Assembly (NCBI GenBank): GCA_963787035.1
Contig: CAWBBN010000029.1
Location: 20,617-84,616, forward strand
Reading direction: 5' to 3'
Source: Vicinamibacteria bacterium
GTDB lineage: Bacteria; Acidobacteriota; Vicinamibacteria; Vicinamibacterales; JAENWD01
Length of the DNA: 64,000 nucleotides
Part shown: piece after piece, positions 63,943 to 64,000 of the stretch
How the letters are laid out: every line of letters starts with the position of its first letter
Position numbering within the stretch: position 1 is the first letter of the stretch
Program-made: the position numbers and the translations under genes
Notes under the pieces: generated by a model
The model's input: the letters and a program-made list of their open reading frames with translations, nothing else
Told to the model about the DNA's origin: nothing
Database searches by the model: none

Positions 63943-64000
63943 AGGTGCGGGCGGGTCGGGCGGGTCAGGCAGGTCCAGCGGGTCCGGCCAGGTCCCGCGG
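63943..64000. repeat. array of degenerate 8-10 nt units ending in GGTC, upstream of the kinase gene, truncated by the window edge
   Basis: caggtgcg ggcgggtc gggcgggtc aggcaggtc cagcgggtc cggccaggtc ccgcgg. Confidence 0.75.

Overview
This is a GC-rich (by eye about two-thirds G+C) bacterial chromosomal segment. I see no rRNA, tRNA, CRISPR, transposase, integrase or phage genes. Gene content points to Acidobacteriota; this is inference from two tandem ADOP-type 'acidobacterial duplicated orphan permease' genes, an ACIII-caa3 respiratory supercluster, many secreted peptidases/amidohydrolases and intergenic heptamer arrays. I can support about 52 protein-coding loci. Positions 1-12217 (minus strand) hold a complete alternative complex III operon (actA-B-C-D-E-F), a small conserved membrane protein, SCO1/SenC and a caa3-type cytochrome oxidase (ctaC-ctaD-ctaE, with ctaE running off the left edge). 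The remaining genes fall into five groups. Housekeeping: glnS, xthA, trxC, a SpoU methyltransferase and a ROK kinase. Transport: an ABC-2 exporter, two ADOP permeases, an APC permease and a beta-barrel outer-membrane protein. Hydrolases: two S9, one M1 and one M28 peptidase, a D-aminoacylase, three further amidohydrolases, a beta-lactamase-fold serine hydrolase and a GH51 arabinofuranosidase. Signalling: a PAS/coiled-coil/HATPase protein coupled to a PilZ protein, and a Ser/Thr kinase fused to a TolB-like propeller. Conflict: a small RNase A-like toxin plus immunity pair. Three window-wide signals are not explained by gene content. (1) About 70 apparent frameshifts (hand count) are strongly clustered, so about 30 loci are untranslatable as assembled; I type these as pseudogene, but assembly indels are at least as likely. 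(2) At least ten intergenic arrays of degenerate 7-9 nt tandem repeats are present, often as inverted arms. (3) TAnnnT -10-like hexamers sit 6-9 nt upstream of the start codon of at least 11 operon-first genes that lack a Shine-Dalgarno, which is leaderless-mRNA geometry. All functional calls come from my own recognition of motifs in the translated ORFs; no database search was run.
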